64,000 bases of DNA from Candidatus Bathyarchaeota archaeon (GCA_963832745.1 CAWHVC010000001.1:320001-384000), one strand, 5' to 3'; shown: positions 40,231 through 50,360, numbered from the stretch's first letter. Translations and numbers: made by a program. The notes: generated by a model from the sequence alone, not told the origin.

Positions 40231-40395
40231 CTAAGGGCAAGCCAGATTCGAAACTTTCATGCCCCAGATGTGGTGTTGCACGTTTTTCCTGTTTGGCGAA
40301 AATAAGTACCGTGGATAAGCAAAATATGCGGCGGTTATAAGGCATAGGGCAGCTATGATTCCAAGTGGCCACAGCCAGAGGTTTGTAACGCAAAA
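40231..40395 (-). pseudogene. Probable gene relic (TM segment resembling the N-terminus of membrane-anchored SAM methyltransferases)
   Basis: LWPLGIIAALCLITAAYFAYPRYLFSP...NVQHHIW, with no start codon and an early stop. Confidence 0.3.
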
Positions 40396-40553
40396 ATTAT
40401 TGTTAAAACGGTGAAGCTGTTGATGAACCGTTTTTTGATACCCAGTTATCGTATTCTGCTTGTTGGTTAACCGTTTTAGCCATAACGGGTGAGTCATAAG
40501 AAGGGGGAATGTAGGTCCAAGATTAAAAGGTTGAGAAAAAAGGCGTACAGGAG

Positions 40554-40808
40554 TTATTTGCTCCATTGATAATTAGAGAATTCGATTGTATCAATAATGC
40601 GTTGCGAAAAATCGATTGGTTCCGATTGGTCGCAGTACATTACGAATCCGTCAAAAGCGAAGAAGTACATGTTTTTTCTGCGGTAAATTATTTTGGGTTT
40701 TGCTATGCGTACGAGTTCTTTAAAGTTTTCTCGGTCGAATTTGACACGGTACGAACTTGCTTCATTTGCCGCTGCCATTGTTGCTGCCATGGTTGTTATC
40801 TCAGCCAT
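40554..40808 (-). CDS. Small hypothetical protein
   Basis: 84 aa; SD-like GGATGA upstream; YFFAFDGFVMY. Confidence 0.7.
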   Translation of the reverse strand: MAEITTMAATMAAANEASSYRVKFDRENFKELVRIAKPKIIYRRKNMYFFAFDGFVMYCDQSEPIDFSQRIIDTIEFSNYQWSK

Positions 40809-40959
40809 CAGTTTTCATCCTTAAATGGTGAATATATACCCTTTTTTGTGATTTAATTCTTTTCTAAATAAACAATACACAGGATTTAGAATACTAAAAA
40901 GTAGAACAGGAAAAAGCTTATTCAGTAAATACAAAATAGTAAAGGCGAGGTTAAAAGTA

Positions 40960-41748
40960 GTGTCTCTTGAATCAGGCAAAAAATACGGTTTCATTGCCAG
41001 CCTAATAAACGTAATAATGCCGGTAGTTGCAATTTTATTAGTTGTTGGTTTACTTGCTTACCAGTTTTCCATTTATGCAGCAGGCGGTGTTGGCGCTTCA
41101 CTTTTTGGAGCAGGAGCCTTCTTAGGCGTATTTGTGGTTCTAGGTGCAGTCAGTATTATCGGTTTAATATTGTTCTTTTTAGCAATGCATCGCTTAGCCC
41201 AATATTATAATGAACCATCAATCTTCAAAAATGTCCTCTACGGGTTTATAATAACAATCGTAGGCGTCATCATAGCGCTCATAATTGACTTTGGATTCAT
41301 TTTAACAGCAGCAAGCCGTTTTCCTCAAGTCGGTACACCTTCAACGGCTGGACCAATCGTTGCACAATTCATACTAGGATACATGTTGGTCTTAGCTATC
41401 GGATTCATTTGTGCCATAATTACCGCGGTACTTTACTGGCGTGCATTCACAAAACTTGGAGAAAAATCAGGTGTTGAAAGCTTCAAAACTACTGGTCTTC
41501 TGTACCTTATCGGCGCAGCTTTAACAATCATAGCTGTAGGGGCAATTATAACGTGGATTGCATGGATATACTCTGCAATGAGTTTTAGAAAACTCCAGCC
41601 GAAACCTCAACCTGCCCCTATCGCCTCAACTTATCCACCTGCAACAGACAAAATTTACTGTAACTACTGCGGTACTGAAAATCAAGCCAGCTCAATCTAC
41701 TGCAGAAACTGCGGCAAACCCCTACGCACCACACAAGCCAGCGTCTAA
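40960..41748 (+). CDS. DUF996-family membrane protein with C-terminal zinc ribbon
   Basis: LAQYYNEPSIFKN, KLGEKSGVESFKTTGLLYLIGA; CNYCG...CRNCG; SD GAGGT. Confidence 0.85.
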   Translation: MSLESGKKYGFIASLINVIMPVVAILLVVGLLAYQFSIYAAGGVGASLFGAGAFLGVFVVLGAVSIIGLILFFLAMHRLAQYYNEPSIFKNVLYGFIITIVGVIIALIIDFGFILTAASRFPQVGTPSTAGPIVAQFILGYMLVLAIGFICAIITAVLYWRAFTKLGEKSGVESFKTTGLLYLIGAALTIIAVGAIITWIAWIYSAMSFRKLQPKPQPAPIASTYPPATDKIYCNYCGTENQASSIYCRNCGKPLRTTQASV

Positions 41749-41820
41749 ACCAATCATTTTTTGCTTTAAAAACAAGCAATAACGCCTACGCTTGTAAAAA
41801 AAGCAACCTTTTTTTTAAAT

Positions 41821-42275
41821 TTAGGTCTCTTCTATCTGTTTGGCTTTACCGGCAATTACTGCAGGTATCAATGCAATTGCGTTTATGATTGCAAATGCTA
41901 AGTAAGTGTTTGATAAACTAGATACAAGGAGCGTTTTATCTGCGGCCTGTAATTAATTGTCGTATGCCTTGCACGGTTCTGAACACAATAACTTCTGTGG
42001 GTTCATTCCAAGGGTTTAACGCGGACCCTATCGTGAATATGGCAAAATCGATAACATAAATGCGGACTCGCCAAAAATATCTCCAAGCCAGCCAATAATT
42101 GAAAAAATTAACGTGTTTATTAAAATGTATGCTTGTGATTCCCGATTGCCTGTTCAATGTCAGCGCCTAATTATTCTGAAACCTGTGGCAACCCAATTAT
42201 AACTATTCGCGTATCGATTCCAACCATTAAAACGCCGATTATTGTAGCTGTTAAGGCTAACCAGTTGTACTGCAA
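41821..42275 (-). pseudogene. DHA2 (EmrB/QacA) MFS transporter pseudogene with a large internal deletion
   Basis: Hand translation: QYNWLALTATIIGVLMVGIDTRIVIIGLPQVSE*LGAD..., LGDIFG-RVRIY...FAIFTIGSAL...FRTVQGI, joined directly to a terminal TM (AFAIINAIALIPAVIAGKAK). Confidence 0.75.
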
Positions 42276-42310
42276 AAAAAATCTACTAACCAACGATTGA
42301 TAACTGAAAA

Positions 42311-42634
42311 TTAATCCACGGTAGGCTCATTCTTTTTAGGTTTATCTAATTGTCCATGATAATGGTTAATGCCAATATACAGCATAACAATGAAAAGGCT
42401 AACAAAAACAACTTCGATAGCTACAACAAAAATTATGGTATTGTAATGGTTCTCAGCAACCTCGTCAGGATTTATATAGGTCACGTTAGGGCCTGTCCCC
42501 TGAGAAGGGTTATTTATATGCTGTAAAATATTATCCACATCCTGATCAGCTTGCAACGCAAAAGTTACTATGGGCACAACTAATGCAACTACCAAAAATA
42601 TTCCAGCTAACGTGAAAATATATTTATGATGCAT
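42311..42634 (-). CDS. 2-TM membrane protein
   Basis: 107 aa with two hydrophobic segments. Confidence 0.65.
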   Translation of the reverse strand: MHHKYIFTLAGIFLVVALVVPIVTFALQADQDVDNILQHINNPSQGTGPNVTYINPDEVAENHYNTIIFVVAIEVVFVSLFIVMLYIGINHYHGQLDKPKKNEPTVD

Positions 42635-42708
42635 AAAAACCGCATTCTTCTAGTAGTTTTTTTAAGATATAAACTTTATAAACTTTGAAAAGAATCAACG
42701 CCGTAAAA

Positions 42709-43083
42709 TTATAGCAGGATAATAATTGAGGTTTCTTTTGTTGAAGGCTTGTAAAGCTGTATTTCGTTGAACGCGATTTTTTCAGGCATACCTTCAAGCC
42801 TCATGTAGTCAATATTGAGACTTGTCTGTTCTTCTTTAAAGTTACAATCAATTATGGTTTCAATGTCAACTTTGTTTATCTTGTTACCTGATTCATCCTG
42901 AATTGCGTAAGTGTTATCGTCTTCTTTACTTATCCAGTGCCCAGGGTATAGTAATGTTTCAAGTACACGTTCCTTGTAAGCTTTTATAGAAAACTGTTCA
43001 GGAACTTCAATTCGCAGTTTAACTAAAGACGCAACACATTTGCGTTTGGAGCCTTCAGCAATTAACTGAGACACACTCCTCAC
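42709..43083 (-). CDS. Hypothetical protein
   Basis: 124-aa ORF with no recognisable motif. Confidence 0.55.
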   Translation of the reverse strand: MRSVSQLIAEGSKRKCVASLVKLRIEVPEQFSIKAYKERVLETLLYPGHWISKEDDNTYAIQDESGNKINKVDIETIIDCNFKEEQTSLNIDYMRLEGMPEKIAFNEIQLYKPSTKETSIIILL

Positions 43084-43655
43084 AAAAATACTTGTAAAAG
43101 GTCAATCATAAAATTATGCTTATTTAGAAATTAAACAAGCTTTAAAGAAAGTGGTACTCAATTTTAGGTTTTGAGTTACCTTTTTGCTATCGTATACCTA
43201 TGTAGGCACAATATACAACGTTAAAATTATGATGTAAACTATTATGAAAAACATTAGTCCTATTATGTCAGCATCAGTAAACGCTTGACCGACAAAAATA
43301 GGCATCATAAATTTATATGTGAAAAAATCGATAAAAGGCATAACACCTAATCTTATCGCCAATGTGTAGCAACAAAGCACATTACCAGCTTTTTTCGGAT
43401 TTTTTTTGCTTGCAAATCTCCGCTTGCTCTGTGGTCAAAAATCTCCAATAAACGGTACAACGACAACAAAAGTAACCACGGCAGCAGTAGCAATAATTAT
43501 TGCAATAGCAATCATAGGATTTCTAATAAAGAAAAAATAACATTTCTTTTTTTTATCGGTTAATAGAAAATATTTTTTTGCAATCAAAAAAGATGCGTGC
43601 ATCAATCAATTTTCGGCTTTATGCCTTGTAGTGGATAATAAATCGACGGCAAAGA

Positions 43656-44114
43656 TTATTCTTTTAATGCAGCTAACGCTTCTTTGGCATGTTTAGTGAA
43701 TTGGAGTTGCGAAACGAAAACGTGTTTAATTTTACCATCTTTGCTGATGACGTAAGTTACCCTGCCCGGAATGCCCAATGTAGATGCAACACCGTATAAT
43801 TTTCTAACGCTGTTTGTGCTGTCGCTCAATAGGATATATGGAAGATTATGGTGACAGGCGAACTGCTTATGTGACTCTATACTTTGGCCGCTAATACCAA
43901 TGACTTCGGCATTTCTTTCTTTGAATGTTTCATAGTTATCTTTGAATGCTTGTGCTTCTTTGACGCATGTTGGTCCTTCGTCTCGGGGGTAAAAGAAGAG
44001 AACAACATTCTTTTTTCCGAAAAACTGGGACAGAGTAATGTTTTCGCCGGTGCTTGATGGCAGGGTAAAGTCTGGGGCTTTGTCGCCGATTTTGATTTTA
44101 GCCATTTTATTCAC
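43656..44114 (-). CDS. bcp: Peroxiredoxin, BCP/PrxQ family
   Basis: [26 protein letters not shown]...SHKQFA, LLSD, GRVTYVI. Confidence 0.9.
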   Translation of the reverse strand: MNKMAKIKIGDKAPDFTLPSSTGENITLSQFFGKKNVVLFFYPRDEGPTCVKEAQAFKDNYETFKERNAEVIGISGQSIESHKQFACHHNLPYILLSDSTNSVRKLYGVASTLGIPGRVTYVISKDGKIKHVFVSQLQFTKHAKEALAALKE

Positions 44115-44253
44115 CTTTGTTGTTTATATGTAAGGTTTGGTTTGGAATAAAAAGGGTTCATTGGTTTTTTGAATTTTGGATAATGTTTCTTGATGGTTTA
44201 TTTAGCAACTTTTTTAAGCATAAATGCATATATTATAATATGGTGATAAACAT

Positions 44254-44529
44254 ATGAAATATTCTAAAATCGTTATTGCCCTGGGAGTCATTGCCGCGTT
44301 GACCCTGGCATTTGTAGGATTAGCAGCAGCCCAAAAAACAACTAACCAAACAACCACGAACACAAACACGCCCAACCAAGCCTCAAACAACGGCGTCTGG
44401 GGATGGATAGGCAACTGCTTCGGATACGGAGCAAACCAACCATACACCGGTCAATATGTAGCACCGCAAGCACCCTAGCAAGGTGGCTATTACAACGGAT
44501 ATGGTTATGGACCCTGTTGGGCAAGATAA
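44254..44529 (+). CDS. Small secreted Gly/Tyr-rich protein with in-frame TAG at 44476
   Basis: SD GGTGA; signal peptide; the frame continues past TAG as QGGYYNGYGYGPCWAR-TAA. Confidence 0.65.
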
Positions 44530-44663
44530 ACTAAAGCCACGCTCGCTAAAACCGATACCTAACTAGCAAAACCATGTCACAAGAATACGCGACTTTTTTC
44601 CTTAAGTTTCATTACCCAAGCTTTTGTTTATTTGCGATAATTAAGTTATAAACTGTGATAAAA

Positions 44664-44740
44664 TGGTGCGGTAACCGGGATTTGAACCCGGGTCCTAGAC
44701 TTGGCAAGCCTATGTACTAACCAAGCTGTACTATTACCGC
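44664..44740 (-). tRNA. tRNA-Gly(GCC), CCA encoded
   Basis: Acceptor GCGGTAA/TTACCGC; anticodon arm TAGGC-TTGCCAA-GTCTA; T-arm CCGGG-TTCAAAT-CCCGG. Confidence 0.97.
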
Positions 44741-45000
44741 ATACAGCGTATTTCAACGCAACAATCTAAAAACTCCCTAATAAACTATAGTTTTTAGTTT
44801 TAACAACTTTTCTATCGTACGATAAGAAAAATTAACACTTCAAAATAAAATGCACTAAAAGTAGGACAACGGAACGATGATTTTGAACAGACCCACTAAG
44901 CAAGCCCAAGTGGCATGAACACCCGCCATACTTACAACTCGAATTTAATTCTCAGCCTCAAACCCCCGTTTAAAATTTTATAAGCTGCCTCGATGTTGCT

Positions 45001-45951
45001 TTGTTGAGTGTGCAGCTTTTGAGTTTGGGTATTATTGGTCTTGGAAAAATAGGCAGCAATTTAGCACTTCAATGCGTTGATAAGGGCATACCGGTTGTTG
45101 GAATAGACACAGCAGACAAAACTGAATTGTCCAACAAAGGCTTCAAAATCACCAAGACCCTTCAAGAACTCGCCAACGCTCTAAACCACCCCCGCATTAT
45201 CCTGCTATATCTCCCTGCAGGAAAAATCATCGACCAAGTAATCACCGATATCTTGCCATTCATTGAAAAAGGCGACGTCATAGTGGACGGAGGCAACTCT
45301 TACTTTAGAGATTCTGTTAGACGAGAAGCGGAGCTTTCGGAAAAGGGCATATTTTTTGTTGATTGTGGAACAAGCGGAGGCATAAATGGCGCCCGATATG
45401 GAGCATGTTTTATGGTGGGCGGCAAGCTTGAAGCCGTTGCCATAGTTGAGCCAGTGTTGAAGAGGTTGTGTGTTGAAGGCGGCTTCTTACATACGGGTGA
45501 ACCCGGCAGTGGGCATTATGTCAAGCTAGTTCATAATGGGATCGAGTTTGGGATGCTTCAAGCAATAGGTGAAGGAGTAGAACTTCTAAAAAACGGTGAC
45601 TACTCGGTTGATTTGGCTGAGGTTTTTAGGGTTTGGTCTAATGGGTCGGTTATTAGAGGTTGGCTAGTTGAATTGATGACCCAAGGCTTGCGGGAACAAA
45701 ACGGTTTAGAGAAGATTTCTGATTTTGTTGAAGACACAGGCGAGGTTAACTGGCTTGTTGAAGAAGCAATCAAAAAGGAAATACCTGTTCCAGTAATCAC
45801 TCAGTCTGTGCTTGAACTTTTTAGGTCAAGACAACGATGCAGTGATGCAGCTAAGGCAGTGGCGGTTATGCGGCACGGTTTTGGTGGTCACCCATTTGGA
45901 AGAGATGAGTATATTGCTAAAGAAAGAAAAGAATCAAAAATAAAACGCTAA
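45001..45951 (+). CDS. gnd: 6-phosphogluconate dehydrogenase, decarboxylating, short (GntZ/YqeC/GndA) type
   Basis: GIIGLGKIG, VDGGNSYFRDS, DCGTSGG, GHYVKLVHNGIEFG, GSVIRGWL, DTGEVNW, MRHGFGGH. Confidence 0.93.
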   Translation: MLSVQLLSLGIIGLGKIGSNLALQCVDKGIPVVGIDTADKTELSNKGFKITKTLQELANALNHPRIILLYLPAGKIIDQVITDILPFIEKGDVIVDGGNSYFRDSVRREAELSEKGIFFVDCGTSGGINGARYGACFMVGGKLEAVAIVEPVLKRLCVEGGFLHTGEPGSGHYVKLVHNGIEFGMLQAIGEGVELLKNGDYSVDLAEVFRVWSNGSVIRGWLVELMTQGLREQNGLEKISDFVEDTGEVNWLVEEAIKKEIPVPVITQSVLELFRSRQRCSDAAKAVAVMRHGFGGHPFGRDEYIAKERKESKIKR

Positions 45952-46065
45952 TTGCCAAAACTATTCGTAAAACCAAAAAATTCTGCTGAAAAGAACCAAA
46001 ACACCCCTTACAGGGCTACATTTTTCTTTTTCTAAGTAATTTGATATATGATTTGATGTTATTGA

Positions 46066-46602
46066 TTGGTTATGGCTTTCCAGCTTATCCCCATGCCAAT
46101 ATCCATACTTTTTGCAGTAGTATTTTTTGTTGCAATAACGTTTGCTCTTTGGAAGTTGCGACGGAAAGGAAAAATTTACGGGGTTATGTTTAAGGTTGTT
46201 GCTGTTTTTGGCGTGGCTATCTTGGCAGTTTTAGTTGTTATGGCGATTTTTCAGGTGCCAGTTGCTCCGGGAAAGGTTGAGATTTCTTTAACCACGAATA
46301 AATCGACTTACGTTTTAGGCGAAGGAGTGGTAATCAAATTTGACGTTAACAACATGAATGATTGGGCGGTTCCGGGACCAACAAACATAGTTTGTGTAGT
46401 CGTTCGAGATAACGTTCACGTTGGATTCTTTAATATTCAAAATTCTTATTCAACTTATGCTCCTAATTCGGTTGTCACTTATCAGTTTGAACACCAAAAT
46501 TACTTTACTACCCCAGGAAACTACACAATAGGTGTAACCTTAGAAGGAGACGTCAATTACAGTCCAACCAAAGAAGTAAAAATAACAACATATCCCGCAT
46601 AA
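46066..46602 (+). CDS. 2-TM protein with extracellular Ig-like domain
   Basis: LTTNKSTYVLGE...PGNYTI Ig-like pattern. Confidence 0.7.
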   Translation: MVMAFQLIPMPISILFAVVFFVAITFALWKLRRKGKIYGVMFKVVAVFGVAILAVLVVMAIFQVPVAPGKVEISLTTNKSTYVLGEGVVIKFDVNNMNDWAVPGPTNIVCVVVRDNVHVGFFNIQNSYSTYAPNSVVTYQFEHQNYFTTPGNYTIGVTLEGDVNYSPTKEVKITTYPA

Positions 46603-46679
46603 AACCTGCTTTGTTGCTGACCAACATCAGTCACATATCTTTATGCTTGCCTCAAAGTTTCCTTTTTTGGTGAAAAATT

Positions 46680-47102
46680 TTGGTATTAGGTGAAAAATTG
46701 TTTGAAGGCAAAGGCAAAAGTGGACCCGGATTTATAAAATGGGTTGGAATGGAAGGCATCGCCCAGATGTATACGTGGACTGCAAACGTTAAAGGCATGG
46801 GCAAAGCTACGGGCGCAGAATGCATGATTTCTGTAACCGCAAAAAGTATGACGCCGCCAAAAGGCGTAGGCATGGCTAAAGATCAAGGCATCTTCCGGAC
46901 AACCACTGGCGACATGGGCATCATAAAAGGAATGGATATTGCAAAAATGGCGGAAGGCAAAACCATCAGCGTTGGCCTATGGAGTTTCATGACATCCTCA
47001 GAAAAGCTTGCTTGGATGAACGATTTAATTGCTGTTGCAGAGTTTCAAGCACTGGACCCGATGTGGCAGGATTTTAACATTAAAATCTACGAGTGGATTT
47101 AA
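46680..47102 (+). CDS. Conserved hypothetical beta-rich protein
   Basis: SD GGTGA; LGEKL...SEKLAWMN...IYEW pattern. Confidence 0.7.
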   Translation: MVLGEKLFEGKGKSGPGFIKWVGMEGIAQMYTWTANVKGMGKATGAECMISVTAKSMTPPKGVGMAKDQGIFRTTTGDMGIIKGMDIAKMAEGKTISVGLWSFMTSSEKLAWMNDLIAVAEFQALDPMWQDFNIKIYEWI

Positions 47103-47959
47103 GGCTTTTTTTGAGTTAGCAGGCTTATGCCTAAAACGGGCATAACGATTATCCACCAATCAACTAGGCTAATCCAAGTCCAATAAGCAGGTGAAAAAGC
47201 AGAAACTATCAGGAAAACTCCGATGTAAAGACCCATCAAAACTAAAGCTACACCAAACAATCGGTTGTCAAAGGTTAGTTTTTGTTTTCTTACAATCGTC
47301 ATAAACGCTGCAGCCATCAAACAGGTAGCTACCAACAAAGTAACCGCTGAATTCGCAAAACCCACAGCAAAAACTGCATCACCAAAATTGAACGATGGCA
47401 AAGCATACAGTGCCAAAGCAAAATGTTTAACCCATAAAGCAAATGTGAAGCTGATTATTGACAACGCAAGCCATCTTGCCGCTTGTGCTAATTCTAAGGC
47501 TGGTTTTCTTAGGGTAAAGTATAGTTTTAGGAAAATTGGCGTTACAATCAACAGTTGACCTGCGTATGATAATGCCGCGCCTAAAGTTGCATTTGACATG
47601 GGTCCTGTTAACAAATAGATTATGAATGGCAGATTGAACAGGTAGTAGATTCCTTCAAGCAGTACACTTTTGCGTAGAAGCGAGATTGAAAACGTTTTTC
47701 TGAACAGCAACATTGCGGTAAAACCTACAAAAAAGCATGTGCCGATGAAGCGAAGAATAACGCCGACCTCGCCGATTAACTCTGAACATAGCCAGAATAC
47801 AGGTCCAGAAAGCGAGCCTTTTGCAATCAACCCAAAAACTGTTTGGGCAATATGGATTTCTGCTTCAATTGAATTGGCTAAAATGAGCAGCTGGTAAACA
47901 AAAAAGGCTACGGCAACTACTAAAATGAATGGCGCTTTAGCTTTAACTTGAGAAGTCAT
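47099..47959 (-). CDS. Polytopic membrane protein
   Basis: About 8 hydrophobic segments. Confidence 0.7.
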   Translation of the reverse strand: MTSQVKAKAPFILVVAVAFFVYQLLILANSIEAEIHIAQTVFGLIAKGSLSGPVFWLCSELIGEVGVILRFIGTCFFVGFTAMLLFRKTFSISLLRKSVLLEGIYYLFNLPFIIYLLTGPMSNATLGAALSYAGQLLIVTPIFLKLYFTLRKPALELAQAARWLALSIISFTFALWVKHFALALYALPSFNFGDAVFAVGFANSAVTLLVATCLMAAAFMTIVRKQKLTFDNRLFGVALVLMGLYIGVFLIVSAFSPAYWTWISLVDWWIIVMPVLGISLLTQKKP

Positions 47960-48005
47960 TAATTTTGTATATACATTGTCTTGGGCTTAAAAGGTTTAAA
48001 CAGGT

Positions 48006-48377
48006 CTACGTGTCAAACTTTGACAAATAAACTGCGTTCCCTTCTTTAAACGCCCTCAAGAGTTCGCAATGCCGCAGAACAGCAAATTCCCTAGTAAATT
48101 CTTCCTCAGACATTTTCAATTCAACTATATATTCTGCCCTGTTTACTTTGCCGCGTTCAATAACAGTTTCGTAAATTTGTTTTTGCAGTTCGCTCAAACC
48201 GTCCGTTCCTGACTGCCCCAACTCTTTACGAACGTTTAAGGTGGAGGATACTGCTGTTGGATCACAGATTTTGGTTGTATCCATCATGTCAAAGCAGCAG
48301 TCTTCGCACAATGTTTTACCTTGATAAGTGTAAGATTGCTCTTCTTCAAGTTTTACGCCACATTTTTCGCAGTTCAT
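48006..48377 (-). CDS. Zn-finger + winged-helix protein
   Basis: CEKC...LCEDC...CDPTAV; C-terminal REFAVLRHCELLRA. Confidence 0.75.
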   Translation of the reverse strand: MNCEKCGVKLEEEQSYTYQGKTLCEDCCFDMMDTTKICDPTAVSSTLNVRKELGQSGTDGLSELQKQIYETVIERGKVNRAEYIVELKMSEEEFTREFAVLRHCELLRAFKEGNAVYLSKFDT

Positions 48378-48485
48378 ACGTTTTACCCAGAAAGTAGCAT
48401 TGTGGCAAGTTATTTTTTGTTTTCTAATCTTTTAGCCAAAAAAAGCATGAAGACTTTAAATATCCAAAACCAATTTGCCGAATAG

Positions 48486-48538
48486 GTCTATTTGGTGTCT
48501 AATCACCAATCATTGCAGAAAACGTAGAGGAGGGTAGC
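48486..48538 (+). repeat. Dispersed intergenic repeat, copy D
   Basis: GTCTATTTGGTGTCTAAT-N9-TTGCAGAAAACGTAGAGGAGGGTAG. Confidence 0.55.
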
Positions 48539-48763
48539 TCGTCACCAACCTATTAGGATTCTAATAAGCTCCAAATAGGTTGGTATGAAAAGTAAAGCAC
48601 TGGGCGGCAATTAACAGCAGCAAAGTCGGGCAATAGCTTACATGTTTGCTCTTTTTTGTGTTGCTTAAATAGTGTATACCAAAAGCAACTTAACAGCGTA
48701 AACCAATAAGAAATAATGAGGAAATTTTGTATTTTTCTGTAACCCCGGATGGAGTTGTAAAGT

Positions 48764-48946
48764 TTGACCGCAAAAAAACCACGAAAAGAAATAAACTCAA
48801 CGCCTATCGAGGAAATTTCAGCAAACAACCGCGACAGGCCACCAATAAATCAAGCCCAAAACCCTATGCATGAGGCAGAAATAAAAAATGAACGCGAAAG
48901 AATCTATGATGAGTTAAAGAAAAAAGACCAAAAAATCAAAAAGTAA
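48764..48946 (+). CDS. Small basic hypothetical protein
   Basis: 60 aa; GGAG upstream; lies between repeats D and C. Confidence 0.4.
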   Translation: MTAKKPRKEINSTPIEEISANNRDRPPINQAQNPMHEAEIKNERERIYDELKKKDQKIKK

Positions 48947-48962
48947 ACTAAGTCAATTTTAA

Positions 48963-49015
48963 ACCTACCCTCATAGGTTTCAGCATAGAACCGCGAATAG
49001 GCGGCAAATAGGCTG
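48963..49015 (-). repeat. Dispersed intergenic repeat, copy C
   Basis: Reverse complement CAGCCTATTTGCCGCCTATTCGCGGTTCTATGCTGAAACCTATGAGGGTAGGT. Confidence 0.65.
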
Positions 49016-49305
49016 ATGCAAGCAGCGTTAACGTTGACTTTGCAGTTTTCTTGGGTAAAGATTGACTTAAAATAGCTATTTGTTGTACCTTGATGGGTTG
49101 AGTGTCATGTATGGGAAAATGGGTTTGGAGCTACTCTATGGGAATGTTCAACCCACCAAGGCACCAAAAGATTTCTGTTGGGTTGCCCTGTTTCTCTCAA
49201 GACTACCTGTAACTGGTTTCTCTGAAATAAGAGTTGTACAAATAGAATATTTAGAAACAATATAACTATGCATTCAGCTATTGCTATCAGTGATTGACGG
49301 TCAAA

Positions 49306-49700
49306 ATGAGCAAAGATGCCATAAACAGGCTTTTCCCCAAGCAAGCAGATAACGAGTTTAAAGGCGCTAAAATAATTGTTTCAGTATCCTTCATTATTGT
49401 AATATTCACGATCGCAAGAAGCCTGATTCACATTTTTGCTCCAGACGGCAGAGCCTTTAGCATTGCAGGAATCGACATGTCAATTGCAGGCGGCGCCAAG
49501 TAGTGTTTCTGCGTTACAAGAGTCTAATCCCATTCATGTAACGTAATCGTTTAGCAGAATACTTGAGAAGAGTCTAATCGGATTAGCAAAACCCTTAACA
49601 ACCACACACATTCCATCAGGAGCAATCGAAGACTACAGAATAATTCCCTTAGCCATTGCAATGCTGATTTTTTTATTGATTACCAAAAAAAGTAACAGGA
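49306..49700 (+). pseudogene. Membrane protein pseudogene (internal deletion, frameshifts, stops)
   Basis: MSKDAINRLFPKQADN...RSLIHIFAPDG..SIAGID followed by broken frames: LRYKSLIPFM*, KPLTTTHIPSGAI...IIPLAIAML. Confidence 0.6.
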
Positions 49701-49701
49701 T

Positions 49702-50094
49702 TCAATTGTGAACCAATTCATATGCGCGTTGTATATTTTCATAATTTACAAAGTTGCCCATTATCGAAACTTCTTTAACACATCCATCCGCTCGATACTG
49801 CAGGTAAAGAACCCTAAAGAGCGCAAAACAAGTTCTCTTGCTGCAGACTAACGAATTGTAAGGAACTACAAACCTAAATTTGCCCCTTAAAGTAACCCCG
49901 TACACCTGCTTGTTTGTCACTGTAATTATCGTATTGTTTTGTTGGGTCATGACAAAAAAGCCGGGACGACTAAAACACACGCTAACTCCCCAAGGACCAA
50001 AGGTCAAAAGCTGCTTTTCCTCAAACGATAAGGTTTTCCGCAAAATGGACAAAACCTGTTTTGAGCACCTACTTTGCCGCCACAGTTTGGGCAA
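49702..50094 (-). CDS. Hypothetical protein (PH-like fold possible)
   Basis: ITVTNKQVY...FVVPY pattern. Confidence 0.4.
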   Translation of the reverse strand: MPKLWRQSRCSKQVLSILRKTLSFEEKQLLTFGPWGVSVCFSRPGFFVMTQQNNTIITVTNKQVYGVTLRGKFRFVVPYNSLVCSKRTCFALFRVLYLQYRADGCVKEVSIMGNFVNYENIQRAYELVHN

Positions 50095-50360
50095 TAAAAA
50101 TTCTGTTCTCGCTCAAAAGTCAACTACACCAAAACCCTTAATTTAACAGTAAGTTTAACGCACATAGAAGTTTATCTCTTCTCATAAAGGGCGGTCATAC
50201 AAATACAAGTTGATAATTTTCCCTTTACTCAAAATCGGCACACTTTTTTCAAAGTAATGCTGCCAAAAAATGGGCTGAAAAGAAATATCCAATGGATTGA
50301 GGCTTTCAATTGGTTAAAAAAGTAAGCGAAACAGCTGCAATTTACAAGAAAGAAAGTAAA

